From an uncultured beta proteobacterium (lineage in GTDB: Bacteria; Pseudomonadota; Gammaproteobacteria; Burkholderiales; JACQAP01), in NCBI GenBank assembly GCA_963846655.1, contig CAWJWT010000002.1, positions 519,376-583,375 on the forward strand: a stretch of 64,000 nt of DNA. The letters run 5' to 3'. The position numbers and the translations under genes were made by a program. The notes beneath the pieces are model-generated. The model ran no database searches, was not told the DNA's origin, and worked only from the letters and a program-made list of their open reading frames with translations. Below are positions 22,699 through 31,921 of the stretch, in pieces (positions within the stretch are counted from its first letter, which is position 1; each line of letters opens with the position of its first letter).

Positions 22699-23387
22699 TG
22701 CAACAAGCAGTAGTTACACTGGCCATCATCGTGACGGTGATGGCCGGTTGCATGCAGCCTGGCGCGCGATCCGAAAATTCCGGTGCGGCCGGCTGGACAC
22801 CTTCCACGGCGCCACTTGAACCCGAAGCCCTGCGTCCCGCGGCTGCCCCCTCTCGCAACGATCTGGTCGTCCTGCTGCCCAAACCGGACGGCGCCATTGG
22901 CGGCATCGTCGTCAGGGCGGGCGGCCGCGAGACCGTGTTGAATCGCGCGTATGCCGGCCTGCACATCGGCGGGCCTGGCGTCATGCAACCCGTTGTCTAT
23001 GACGCTCGGCGTACGCAGGAAGAATTCGCCGGCGTCGTATCGGCCTTGCCCGGCCGCCCGGCGACGTTCCTGCTGTATTTTCTCGAAGGCAGGGACGCAC
23101 TGACACCGGAATCCGAGCGCGAAGTGGAGCGTATCGTCGCCGCGATCGCCGCCAGGCCCCATCCGGAAATACTGGTCATCGGCCACACCGACGCGCTTGG
23201 CCACGCGCAGTTCAACGATCAATTGTCGCGGCAACGAGCGCAGCGCGTGCGCGACGACCTGGTCGTCCGCGGCATCCCGCTTCACTGTATCGAAGTATCC
23301 GGCCGCGGCAAGCGCGAACCGTTGATCAGAACGCCGGACGGCGCGCCCGAACCCCGCAACCGGCGTGTGGAGATCAACGTTCGCTGA
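22698..23387 (+). CDS. OmpA-family peptidoglycan-binding lipoprotein
   Basis: Lipobox MAGC, GHTD..G...N..LS.QRA, GRG.REP, RNRRVEI; TGATG coupling to the FecR gene. Confidence 0.9.
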   Translation: MQQAVVTLAIIVTVMAGCMQPGARSENSGAAGWTPSTAPLEPEALRPAAAPSRNDLVVLLPKPDGAIGGIVVRAGGRETVLNRAYAGLHIGGPGVMQPVVYDARRTQEEFAGVVSALPGRPATFLLYFLEGRDALTPESEREVERIVAAIAARPHPEILVIGHTDALGHAQFNDQLSRQRAQRVRDDLVVRGIPLHCIEVSGRGKREPLIRTPDGAPEPRNRRVEINVR

Positions 23388-23431
23388 TCGCCGCGTCACG
23401 TCTCTCGTCGGGTAAGGCGCATCGGCGGCGC

Positions 23432-25600
23432 TCACACGCTGCCCCCCATCCATTGCAGGGCCAGGATCGTAAGGTCATCGGAACGCTCGGTGTCCTTTAC
23501 GAATGCGCGCACGTCGTCCCTCACCACGGCGACCAGGTGCATCGCATCTGGCGCTGCGCCGTTCGAGGCAAGAACGGAAAGCAAGCGTCTTCGACCGTAG
23601 AGTTCGTCAGCCGCGTTCATCGCCTCGGTAACGCCATCGGTGAACAAACACAAAGATTCCCCAGGCACCATGAAATGACGTTCTGCCCGATACGGGTAGC
23701 GTTCGATCACGCATAACGGCGGGCCGGCGTCGCCTTCCAGCCGGGTCGGTTGGCTAGAGCCGGGCGGCATGCTGAAGGGTGCATCATGTCCGGCGTTGCA
23801 CCATGTGAGTTCCCCGTTTTTCAGATTCAGGATGCCCGCGAACACCGTAACGAAAAGCATCTCCGGATTATCGCGGGCAATCTCGGCGTTGGCCGCGCGC
23901 ATGACCTCGCCGATATCCGCGCCATGTTCCATGCGCAACGCGGCGCTCTTGTACAAGGCCTTGCTCACGGCCATGAAAATGCTGGCCGGCAAGCCCTTGC
24001 CCGCGACATCGCCCACCATCAGGAACAAACGGTCCGCATCGAGCTTGAAGAAATCGTACAGATCGCCGCCGACCGATTTCGCAGGCTCGATCAAGGCCTG
24101 CAGGGTAAAGCGCGGATCGCCGTAGAAACTGGCAGAGGGCGGCGGCAGCATGCCCATCTGAATGCGCTGCGCCGCCTCCAGTTCGCCGGCGGCGCGCGCG
24201 GCAGTTTCGCGTTCCGCATCCAGTGCCTGGCGCAAGGTGCGGCGCTGCCGGTCCGCTTCGGCCAGCGTGCCGGTGAGCATGACCCCGAACAACAACGTGC
24301 AGGCCGCAATCGTTCCCGCAATGTCGACCAGCAACTGTTGCCACTCGTACAGTGCGAAGCCGGTCGCGAGCAGGCCCGCGATGATGATCAGGTAGATCAG
24401 TGCAGCGATTCGCGGTTTGGCTGCCGGGACGGCGAGGATGAGAATCGCCCCGCAAAGTACCAGCATCATGCGCTCGAGCGTTGCGAGAAACGCCGGGCGG
24501 TGCAACAGGCTGCCTTCGATGATGTTCTCGAGGATCTGTGCATGAATCTCGATGCCCGGGACGCGCTGGTCGATGGGGGTCGTTTGATAGTCCAGCAATC
24601 CCAGGCCGGTGGCGCCGATCAGTGCGATCTTGCCGCGCATCTGCGCGGGGTCGATGCGGCCTTCCAGAACATCGACGGCGGAGACGAAGCGATCTTCATC
24701 GTGCGGGCCGAAATGGACCCATATGGTGCCGTCCGCGTTGGTGGGTATAAAGAGCTCGCCGACACCGATGCCCTTGACCCGATCGCGTTCGCTGACGACC
24801 ACAAAAGCCGGCGTCTGTGTCGCGATCCTCAAAACTTCGATGGACAAGGCGGGCGTCAGTACGCCATTGACCGAGGCCAGTAACGGAACTTGCCGCACGA
24901 CGCCGCCGCTTGGGTCCACACTCAGCAAGCCATGGCCGGCCGCGGCCGCATCCAATTGGTCGAGACTGCGCAGGGTGCCTGCGAAATGGCGCACCAGCGC
25001 GGCCGGATCGCTGCCACGGATGCGAAAGGGCGCGCTGCGCCCGCCCGCACTGGCTGCGTCGTCCTGTTCGACCCCGGCAATGCCGAGCACCACTGGGTAT
25101 TTCCTGAGTACTTCGGCAAGCAGCGTGTCATTGCTGGGCAAGCGGGCGAGGCGCTCGGCGAGTTTGGGGTCCATTTTTTCGACCAGCCGCGCAATGCTGG
25201 CCGGCGACATCCGGTCCGGTTCCGGCATCAGGACGTCCACGCCGATGGCGGCTGGCTCGTTTTTGCCGATGGCCTCGACGAGTTCTGCGATTTTCGTACG
25301 CGGCCAAGGCCACTGCCCCAGCTCCTGCAGGCTTCGCTCGTCGATGGCGACGATCACCGCGGGCGCGGAGGTCCGCACGCGCGGCGATAGCGTCTGATAA
25401 ATGTCGAACAGCGCTGTTCGCAGCGTGAAAAGCGCATCCAGCGAGGGCAACAGCGAGGGCAACAGCGACAGCGAAAGCAATACGATCAACACCACGGTGC
25501 CCAGCGGCCGCCCTTGCCCGCCCATCAACGACGCCATCAACGTGCGGCCAATGTGCTTGCCTTGCGCGTTTGCCGCGGCGCTGTGGTGGACCTCGCTCAC
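23432..25600 (-). CDS. CHASE2 sensor fused to a SpoIIE/PP2C Ser phosphatase
   Basis: CHASE2 motifs IDERSL..LGQWPWPR and PGIEIHA, then 3 TMs, then PP2C motifs GGDLYDFF, GDVAGKG, NAGH, FTDGVTEA, DDLT. Confidence 0.93.
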   Translation of the reverse strand: MSEVHHSAAANAQGKHIGRTLMASLMGGQGRPLGTVVLIVLLSLSLLPSLLPSLDALFTLRTALFDIYQTLSPRVRTSAPAVIVAIDERSLQELGQWPWPRTKIAELVEAIGKNEPAAIGVDVLMPEPDRMSPASIARLVEKMDPKLAERLARLPSNDTLLAEVLRKYPVVLGIAGVEQDDAASAGGRSAPFRIRGSDPAALVRHFAGTLRSLDQLDAAAAGHGLLSVDPSGGVVRQVPLLASVNGVLTPALSIEVLRIATQTPAFVVVSERDRVKGIGVGELFIPTNADGTIWVHFGPHDEDRFVSAVDVLEGRIDPAQMRGKIALIGATGLGLLDYQTTPIDQRVPGIEIHAQILENIIEGSLLHRPAFLATLERMMLVLCGAILILAVPAAKPRIAALIYLIIIAGLLATGFALYEWQQLLVDIAGTIAACTLLFGVMLTGTLAEADRQRRTLRQALDAERETAARAAGELEAAQRIQMGMLPPPSASFYGDPRFTLQALIEPAKSVGGDLYDFFKLDADRLFLMVGDVAGKGLPASIFMAVSKALYKSAALRMEHGADIGEVMRAANAEIARDNPEMLFVTVFAGILNLKNGELTWCNAGHDAPFSMPPGSSQPTRLEGDAGPPLCVIERYPYRAERHFMVPGESLCLFTDGVTEAMNAADELYGRRRLLSVLASNGAAPDAMHLVAVVRDDVRAFVKDTERSDDLTILALQWMGGSV

Positions 25601-26556
25601 ACCTCTATTTCCATGCCATCGAACGCGGCGCTTACCCGAATCGGGTGATCAGCACGCGTAAGCTGCTCGAAGCGGATGGTTTCGTTGAGCACGGACTGGA
25701 TGCGTTCGTCGTCGAACGCGGGCTCGTGATGAAACATGCACAAATGCTTCACGCGCGCCAGCTGCGCCAGTTCCACGCCGACGATATTGCTCGAGTGACC
25801 CCAGTCTTCCTTGACGGACACCGCGTCGAGCAGCGAGTACATGGCATCGAAAATCACCAGGTCGGCGTTTCGGAAAAACTCGACGAACCCTTCGGTCTCG
25901 GCCGGGTCTTCGAGCTTATGTTCGGAATCGGTCGAGTAAACGATTGTCTTGCCGTCGCGTTCGAGACGATAACCATAGGAGTCCCCGGTATGGCGTTGCA
26001 GTTTGGGGGTCACGCGGAAGCCGGCGATGTCGGTGCTCCTGCCGACTTCGAGCTTGACGAATTCGATCCGCGCAGCGAGTCGGGTAAAATCGACGGGAAA
26101 ACAGGGCGCCGATTGCTGCAGGCGAAAGGCCTGCTCGAGCACGTCGTGGCAACCAAAAATCCGGATGCGTGCCTCTGGCGCGTAAGCCGGGCCGAAGAAA
26201 GGAAAGCCCATGATGTGGTCCCAATGCACATGGGACATCAGAACGTTCACCAGGACCGGTCCGGAGTGCGAGGTAGCCATGATGCGGCTGCCAAAGGCAC
26301 GGGCGCCAGTGCCCATGTCGCAAGCCAGATATTCCGCGGGCTGCGCGGTTTCGAACTCCACGCACGGGGAGTGGCCGCCGTAGGTCTGCGAAACTGAAAA
26401 TTGCAGATCGTTATCAATAAAGGACTGCAGCTTGTCCGCTGAATCCACGCCGCGGGCGATTGCCAGGGACAGGGCAGCCTCGATCTTGCGGCGGATATCG
26501 GCCGAGGTCAGCGCGACCGGGATGGAGCCGCGCGTCCCCCAGAAGCGTACCAGCAT
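25597..26556 (-). CDS. MBL-fold metallo-hydrolase (RNase Z/phosphodiesterase-like)
   Basis: FWGTRGSIP, GGHSPC, DMGTG, SHVHWDHIMGFPFF, STDSE, WGHSS, FHHEP. Confidence 0.9.
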   Translation of the reverse strand: MLVRFWGTRGSIPVALTSADIRRKIEAALSLAIARGVDSADKLQSFIDNDLQFSVSQTYGGHSPCVEFETAQPAEYLACDMGTGARAFGSRIMATSHSGPVLVNVLMSHVHWDHIMGFPFFGPAYAPEARIRIFGCHDVLEQAFRLQQSAPCFPVDFTRLAARIEFVKLEVGRSTDIAGFRVTPKLQRHTGDSYGYRLERDGKTIVYSTDSEHKLEDPAETEGFVEFFRNADLVIFDAMYSLLDAVSVKEDWGHSSNIVGVELAQLARVKHLCMFHHEPAFDDERIQSVLNETIRFEQLTRADHPIRVSAAFDGMEIEV

Positions 26557-26566
26557 CTTTTTGGCT

Positions 26567-26938
26567 CTAGGTCTGCAAGGAATCAAGAGCAGTCGGTGAC
26601 AGGCGCGCGATGGCTGCCTGCACGGTATCGAATGTCTCGAATACCAGCGTGAAGCGGCTGATCTCGAAGATCTCTTTGACTACCGGTTGCATGGCCGCGA
26701 CAACGATCGTGCCGCCTTGTGCCTTGGTCTGTTTTTCCGCGAGCATGAAACAGCGCAATCCGGCGCTGCTGATATAGTCCACATCCCCCAGGTCGAGCAC
26801 GATGCTTTCACCGTCCCTGGTGCACCGATCGATGAAGGGAGCCATGCTGTTGCGAAAATCTTCGCTGTTGGCATGATCGATCCGGCCCGCGGGCGACAAC
26901 ACGAGAATATCGCTGTGGGTCTTGTTGTTGATATTCAT
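26567..26938 (-). CDS. STAS-domain anti-anti-sigma factor (RsbV/SpoIIAA-like)
   Basis: GRID, LDLGDVDYISSAGLR with the phospho-acceptor Ser, IFEISRF. Confidence 0.92.
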   Translation of the reverse strand: MNINNKTHSDILVLSPAGRIDHANSEDFRNSMAPFIDRCTRDGESIVLDLGDVDYISSAGLRCFMLAEKQTKAQGGTIVVAAMQPVVKEIFEISRFTLVFETFDTVQAAIARLSPTALDSLQT

Positions 26939-27110
26939 ATTCACCGGTCCGCGCGCGAGCGCGGACCGGCAATGAACCGGTGGCGACTTCGCGCAAATGA
27001 AAAACGCTGGTTGCCGACCCTCGACGCTTCCCTGAAGGCGCCGACGCCGCAACCAGGCGACAGGTTACATGAATCCTGAAACCGCGGGGCAGCGGGTCAC
27101 GGCAGCCCGG

Positions 27111-28325
27111 TCAGGCGAAGACCGGGAAGGTGTCGAACTTGCCGGAAAGCAACTGGTCAGTGTTGCGATAGCCAAGCCAGCCGTCGATTACGGTGGCATA
27201 GACGCGACGGAAATCCGTGGTATAGACCAGATTATCCCCTTCATCGAGTTCGGTCAGGCTCGGGGCGCGGCCGTAGTGGCCCCCCTTGACCTGTTTGCCG
27301 ACGATGTACATGTGATTAGCCGTGCCGTGATCGGTGCCAAGGCTGGTGTTCTCGGGGACGCGCCGGCCAAATTCCGAGAATACGAGCACCGTCACGTCGT
27401 CGGCACGCCCGATGCGTTCCATGTCTTGCATGAATCCGGCGACCGCATCGGAAACATAGGTCAACAGGCGCTGGTGCAAGTCCGGTTGTTGCACGTGTGT
27501 GTCGAAAGCATTGTGGCGGTACGACGTGTAGTACAGGCGGGTGGGCATGCCGGCGGCGATGAGCGAAGCGACTTTGGGGAGCTGTACGGGCACGATGCCG
27601 TAATCAACCGGCGTCTTGTAGTCTTGCCACGCATCGCGCACCAGCTGTGACGCCTCGCGCGCGCTTCTCGCCACCTCGAGCAGATAGCGCTTCGAGGCAT
27701 TGGCGCCAGGATCCTGGTCCGGGGCACGATCCAGCAGCGGACGCTCCTGGTAGAGGCCCTTGCGCCCGAATTTCTCGGGATCGTCGAACACGACCGGCAC
27801 ATGCTCGCGCGCTCGCACAGCCAGGGATTGCACTTCATCGATATTGACGAGGAAATTCGGTGTCGACTGCTTGTCTATCGCATCGGCGACGCGCCCGACC
27901 CAACCGAACTCCTCGCCTCGGTTGGGCGCGCCGGTGTGCCAGTACGCCATGGACGTGAAATGGGAGAACGAGGGTTGCGCATAGCCGCAACCGTGCACGA
28001 TGGCCATCCGGCCATCCTTGTACAGACGCTCGAACCCCGCCATGCCGGCGTTGAAGCCATAGCGCTCATCGATCTTGCGAACTTTCTCGGGCCGGATGCC
28101 GATCACGGGCCGATGCCGGTAATAAGCATCATCGGCGTATGGAACCAGCGTGTTGAGCCCGTCGTTTCCACCGGACAATTCGAGCACAACCAGAATGCGT
28201 TTGGAGGCGGCCACATCCGCGGCCCCCGCACGCGAAAAGACCATCGGCATTCCGGCTGCGCCGATACCGCACAAGGCGGCGCGCAGGATTTCACGTCGGG
28301 TCCACGGTTTCAGTGTCGTAGTCAT
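27111..28325 (-). CDS. DUF1501 protein with Tat-like signal
   Basis: TRREILR signal, LSGGNDGLNTLVPY, SHF.SM..W, FDTH, SEFGRR..EN...GTDHG, DFRRVY. Confidence 0.92.
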   Translation of the reverse strand: MTTTLKPWTRREILRAALCGIGAAGMPMVFSRAGAADVAASKRILVVLELSGGNDGLNTLVPYADDAYYRHRPVIGIRPEKVRKIDERYGFNAGMAGFERLYKDGRMAIVHGCGYAQPSFSHFTSMAYWHTGAPNRGEEFGWVGRVADAIDKQSTPNFLVNIDEVQSLAVRAREHVPVVFDDPEKFGRKGLYQERPLLDRAPDQDPGANASKRYLLEVARSAREASQLVRDAWQDYKTPVDYGIVPVQLPKVASLIAAGMPTRLYYTSYRHNAFDTHVQQPDLHQRLLTYVSDAVAGFMQDMERIGRADDVTVLVFSEFGRRVPENTSLGTDHGTANHMYIVGKQVKGGHYGRAPSLTELDEGDNLVYTTDFRRVYATVIDGWLGYRNTDQLLSGKFDTFPVFA

Positions 28326-28358
28326 AATTTTTTCGTCTTCGAGGCAACAGTAAAGGGT

Positions 28359-30161
28359 CTATCCGAGCTGGTATTCGGGCAGGGACAGAATCACATGCAA
28401 GGTGCTGCGCAGCGGCTCTTCGAGGTAGCTTGCTGCCGCCGCCAGATCCGCAGTTCCCAACTCGCTTTCCAGGAACTTCGCAATCCGCGTGCGCGTAGCC
28501 TCGTCGACGGGCACCGATACGAAGCGCGCCAGCAGGTAATCGGCAGCTTCCCGCGCGGACTTGCATCCTGCGCGCCCCACCATTCCAGACAGGTCCATCT
28601 GGGCCGTTGCGCGCGGGATGGGTTTGACCTTCTGCAGGGCCATCTGCCAGCCGCGGAAACTGGCGAGCCGTGTGTTGAAATCCTCGTCGCGGTCCGCCTG
28701 CATCGACATCGACGTCATTTCCTTGGCGTCAGGCTTGGTGGCCGTGGTCACGTCCAGGCCCAACGCAAGTTTTTCATTAACCACGCCGATTTTGTAATCG
28801 GCCAGCGGATAGCGATCGGACGGCAGGAAATTGATATCGGGGTACAAGGTGTCGTATACGAAATTCCCGCGCGCCAGCAGCAGGCCTGGCGTGATCCAGC
28901 TTTTGCCGTTGGGCCAGCCTGCGACCGTGGGCGGGAAAAGCAATTTCTGGCCCAGCATTTCGGTGACGTCATTGAAATCGGGTACACCGGGTAATTCCTT
29001 GAGACCCATCTTCTTGTAGGTCGAAATCACCAACTCCACTGGTGATTTGATGTGTGTTGCCACGGCGGCCTCGCTGTAGAAGTCGCGCGACAGGAACACG
29101 GTTTCAAGCAGCGGAGCGATCTCGTAATTCGATTCGCGCAGTTTCGCGCCTAGCTTCGCGCGCAGCGCCGGCGGAAGGTCCTGGCGCACGAAAAACCCGT
29201 AGAGCCTGCCGGCAACGTATTCGCCCGTGACGGGTTTCGTCAGGATCAGGTCGATAATGTCGACGCCGTTGAAATGGCCTTGCTTGCCAAAAAAAGTCTT
29301 GGCCGAGTTGTCATGCTTTTCCGGCGTGACAACGAAATCCAGATTGACGAAATTCCAGCCGGTGAAGGCGCGCGCGGCTTCGCGGATGTCGGTCTCGCTG
29401 TAATTGCCCACGCCCATGGAAAACATTTCCATGATTTCGCGCGCGAAATTTTCGTTGGGCGCGCCCTTGATATTGACCCCTGCGTCGAGGAACGCAAGCA
29501 TCGCGGGATCCTGCGCGACCTTGATCAGCAAATCGCGGAAATTGCCCGTTCCGTGGGCGCGGAACAGTTCGTTCTGCCTGAGCATCTTGCGGTAGTCGCG
29601 CACTTTCTCTTCGCTGGTCGCGAAATGGCCGTGCCAGAACAACGCCATCTTTTCTTCGAGCGGCCGATTCGTGGCAAGCATGCGATTGGCCCACCAGTAG
29701 GCGACGCGATTCGTTTCGAGCCGGCTCGCTCGCAACCAGTAGAAGAATTTGTTCGCCACCGGCTGCAAGCGCCGATTGCCTGCCGGCTTTACCTTGACCC
29801 CCATGGATTCGCCGGTATCCCGGGCGAGGTCCGTGGCAGCGGGTCGCGAGGCCGGAAAAGGCTCCAGTCCCGAATCGTGTACCCCGGACTCATCGAAAGC
29901 GGGCAGATTGTTGGCGATCTTCTTGTGATAGACCAGCCGTCGCACGGCTGCCTGCGGGGTCATCGCCGCGAGTTGCGCGATTTCTTCGGGCGTGCCGCCA
30001 AAGCCGGCGCGCTCCAGCAGGTGCGCGGCGCGCTGTGGATTCCAGTCTTTGGGCCCGATGGGGGTCAAATCCCCGGCCCAATCGTCGGCGGCGGAAATGG
30101 TGAAGGGGGTCAGGAACAGGGCCAGCAGAATGCAGGTGCCCGTCTTTTGGCGTAGGGTCAT
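28359..30161 (-). CDS. DUF1800 protein
   Basis: AAHLLERAGFG, LEEKMALFWHGHFAT, DPAML.FLD, PNENFAREIMEMF, PPTVAGW, PEYQL. Confidence 0.92.
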   Translation of the reverse strand: MTLRQKTGTCILLALFLTPFTISAADDWAGDLTPIGPKDWNPQRAAHLLERAGFGGTPEEIAQLAAMTPQAAVRRLVYHKKIANNLPAFDESGVHDSGLEPFPASRPAATDLARDTGESMGVKVKPAGNRRLQPVANKFFYWLRASRLETNRVAYWWANRMLATNRPLEEKMALFWHGHFATSEEKVRDYRKMLRQNELFRAHGTGNFRDLLIKVAQDPAMLAFLDAGVNIKGAPNENFAREIMEMFSMGVGNYSETDIREAARAFTGWNFVNLDFVVTPEKHDNSAKTFFGKQGHFNGVDIIDLILTKPVTGEYVAGRLYGFFVRQDLPPALRAKLGAKLRESNYEIAPLLETVFLSRDFYSEAAVATHIKSPVELVISTYKKMGLKELPGVPDFNDVTEMLGQKLLFPPTVAGWPNGKSWITPGLLLARGNFVYDTLYPDINFLPSDRYPLADYKIGVVNEKLALGLDVTTATKPDAKEMTSMSMQADRDEDFNTRLASFRGWQMALQKVKPIPRATAQMDLSGMVGRAGCKSAREAADYLLARFVSVPVDEATRTRIAKFLESELGTADLAAAASYLEEPLRSTLHVILSLPEYQLG

Positions 30162-30293
30162 TGTCAGTCCTTCTTCAGTGCGGGTGTTGTCAGGCCGGTG
30201 GTGCCGGAAGCGGGCTCGCTATTGTCGAGGAATTGCGCCGGTCGGGTCCTGCGCAAAAGCTGCAATTGGCGTTCATGATTTTCATGACGAAGC

Positions 30294-30323
30294 TTGACGG
30301 GGCCGGCCGTCCGGGAGTAGTTT
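30294..30323 (+). promoter_or_regulatory. Putative sigma70 promoter of the Ni-transporter gene
   Basis: TTGACG-N18-TAGTTT. Confidence 0.35.
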
Positions 30324-30369
30324 TCCCGGCCTTCAAAGTCAAAACGATTATCGGTCGTTTCTCCTCGCC

Positions 30370-31155
30370 TTGGGTACCACTTTATCGCTGTTGGCGGTCG
30401 GATTCTTCCTCGGTATGCGTCACGCGACCGATGCAGATCATGTGATCGCCATCTCCACGATCGTCACCCGGCAGCGTTCGATGCGCAGCGCCGCACTGAT
30501 CGGTGCGCTGTGGGGCGTCGGGCACACCTTGACCGTGATGCTCGTGGGCGGCGCAATCATCCTGTTCACCATCACGATCCCGCCGCGTCTGGGCCTGGCG
30601 ATGGAATTCGCGGTGGGCGTGATGCTTGTGCTCCTCGGATTTTTCAGCTTGACCGGTATGAACCAGTGGATTCGCGACAACCTGGCGCCCGGATCGTCCA
30701 TGCATGGTCACACCCATGCGCATGGGGATTATGCCCATAGCCATTTGCACGGTCACGGGATCACCGGACATGGCCACAACGAAGAGCAGACGCCCCAGGC
30801 GTGGCTCGACCGCAAACTCGGGAGCGTAGGGGTTTACCAATTGGCGCGCCCCGTAGTGGTCGGCATCGTACATGGCCTTGCCGGCTCGGCCGCGGTCGCT
30901 TTGCTGGTGCTGGCGGCCATCGATGACGCATGGTGGGGCATGGTGTACTTGTTCCTGTTCGGCGTTGGCACGGTGGCCGGCATGATGATGATTACGGTTG
31001 CCATTGCCGCACCGTTTGCCTATTCGACCGGACGCTATCCACGCTTCAACGCCTACCTGCGCGTTGCCTCGGGATTGCTCTCGCTCGGTTTCGGGTTGTT
31101 CCTGATGTTCTATATCGGCTACGTGGACGGGCTGTTCAGCGAACCATCGGGATGA
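30370..31155 (+). CDS. NiCoT/UreH-like Ni/Co transporter
   Basis: GMRHATDADHVIAI (NiCoT signature), WGVGH, His-rich loop HGHTHAHGDYAHSHLHGH, GIVHGLAGSAA. Confidence 0.88.
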   Translation: MGTTLSLLAVGFFLGMRHATDADHVIAISTIVTRQRSMRSAALIGALWGVGHTLTVMLVGGAIILFTITIPPRLGLAMEFAVGVMLVLLGFFSLTGMNQWIRDNLAPGSSMHGHTHAHGDYAHSHLHGHGITGHGHNEEQTPQAWLDRKLGSVGVYQLARPVVVGIVHGLAGSAAVALLVLAAIDDAWWGMVYLFLFGVGTVAGMMMITVAIAAPFAYSTGRYPRFNAYLRVASGLLSLGFGLFLMFYIGYVDGLFSEPSG

Positions 31156-31206
31156 CATCGCGATAAATGAGTCACTCCCGCGCACCTGGTTTAGTGCGTT
31201 GCAGCA

Positions 31207-31235
31207 TTGACGTTGGTCGGCTCACCCATTACATT
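31207..31235 (+). promoter_or_regulatory. Putative sigma70 promoter
   Basis: TTGACG-N17-TACATT just upstream of 31244. Confidence 0.45.
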
Positions 31236-31243
31236 TTTAGACT

Positions 31244-31837
31244 ATGGTTTCAGAGGCTGGCAGGTCGCATCCGTCCCGGGCAGGCGGGTTAAAGGGATTT
31301 GGACTGGGTGCGGTCGTAATGGGCTTGGTTGCCGTGGTGATTTTCGCGGTGGTTCGGGAAAATGCCGGCCCCAGGAATCAACCTGAGGAGGCGAATGCGC
31401 ATTTCGCGGCGGGCCTGGGCCATCACGACGTGCCGCCGCTCCAGCCCGAAGAAGAGGCTTATGCAGCAGCGCTCTGGCCGATACACAGTGAAGTAAAACT
31501 GGCAGCAGTTCGCATGATCTTCGCCGGTCTTGCCTATAAGACGGAAAACAAGGACGCCAGGGCACTGAAGAACAAGGTTCAACCGTTGACCCGCACCTTC
31601 AAGAGCGCAGCCTCTCGCGCGAAAGCGATCAAACCGCCGCCTTCGCTCCAGGCCGCGCACCGCAGCTATCTGGAAGCGCTGGACTTGTACGCTGGTGCGA
31701 CGGTTGAAATGATCAAGGTGGCCGACGATGGCCGCGAAACACACCTGATCGACGCGCAGGCGCGCAGCGAGCGGGCATCGACCGCAATCATCATGCTGAG
31801 CGATACGCTCTGGCCGGGGGAGTACAAACCGAACTAG
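31244..31837 (+). CDS. Hypothetical membrane-anchored helical protein
   Basis: Single N-terminal TM, GHHD, predicted helical bundle, C-terminal LWPGEYKPN. Confidence 0.7.
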   Translation: MVSEAGRSHPSRAGGLKGFGLGAVVMGLVAVVIFAVVRENAGPRNQPEEANAHFAAGLGHHDVPPLQPEEEAYAAALWPIHSEVKLAAVRMIFAGLAYKTENKDARALKNKVQPLTRTFKSAASRAKAIKPPPSLQAAHRSYLEALDLYAGATVEMIKVADDGRETHLIDAQARSERASTAIIMLSDTLWPGEYKPN

Positions 31838-31921
31838 TTGAAACTGCCGTGTTGATTGCGCGCGGCGTGCAAGACGAAAAACGTTGCTGGGATGTACCTT
31901 AACAGTCACTAGGGGGAAAAA

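Noticed and set aside
25441-25475. 12-bp tandem duplication inside the CHASE2 gene
   Set aside because: It is an in-frame LLPS duplication at the end of a TM segment with no evident functional meaning.
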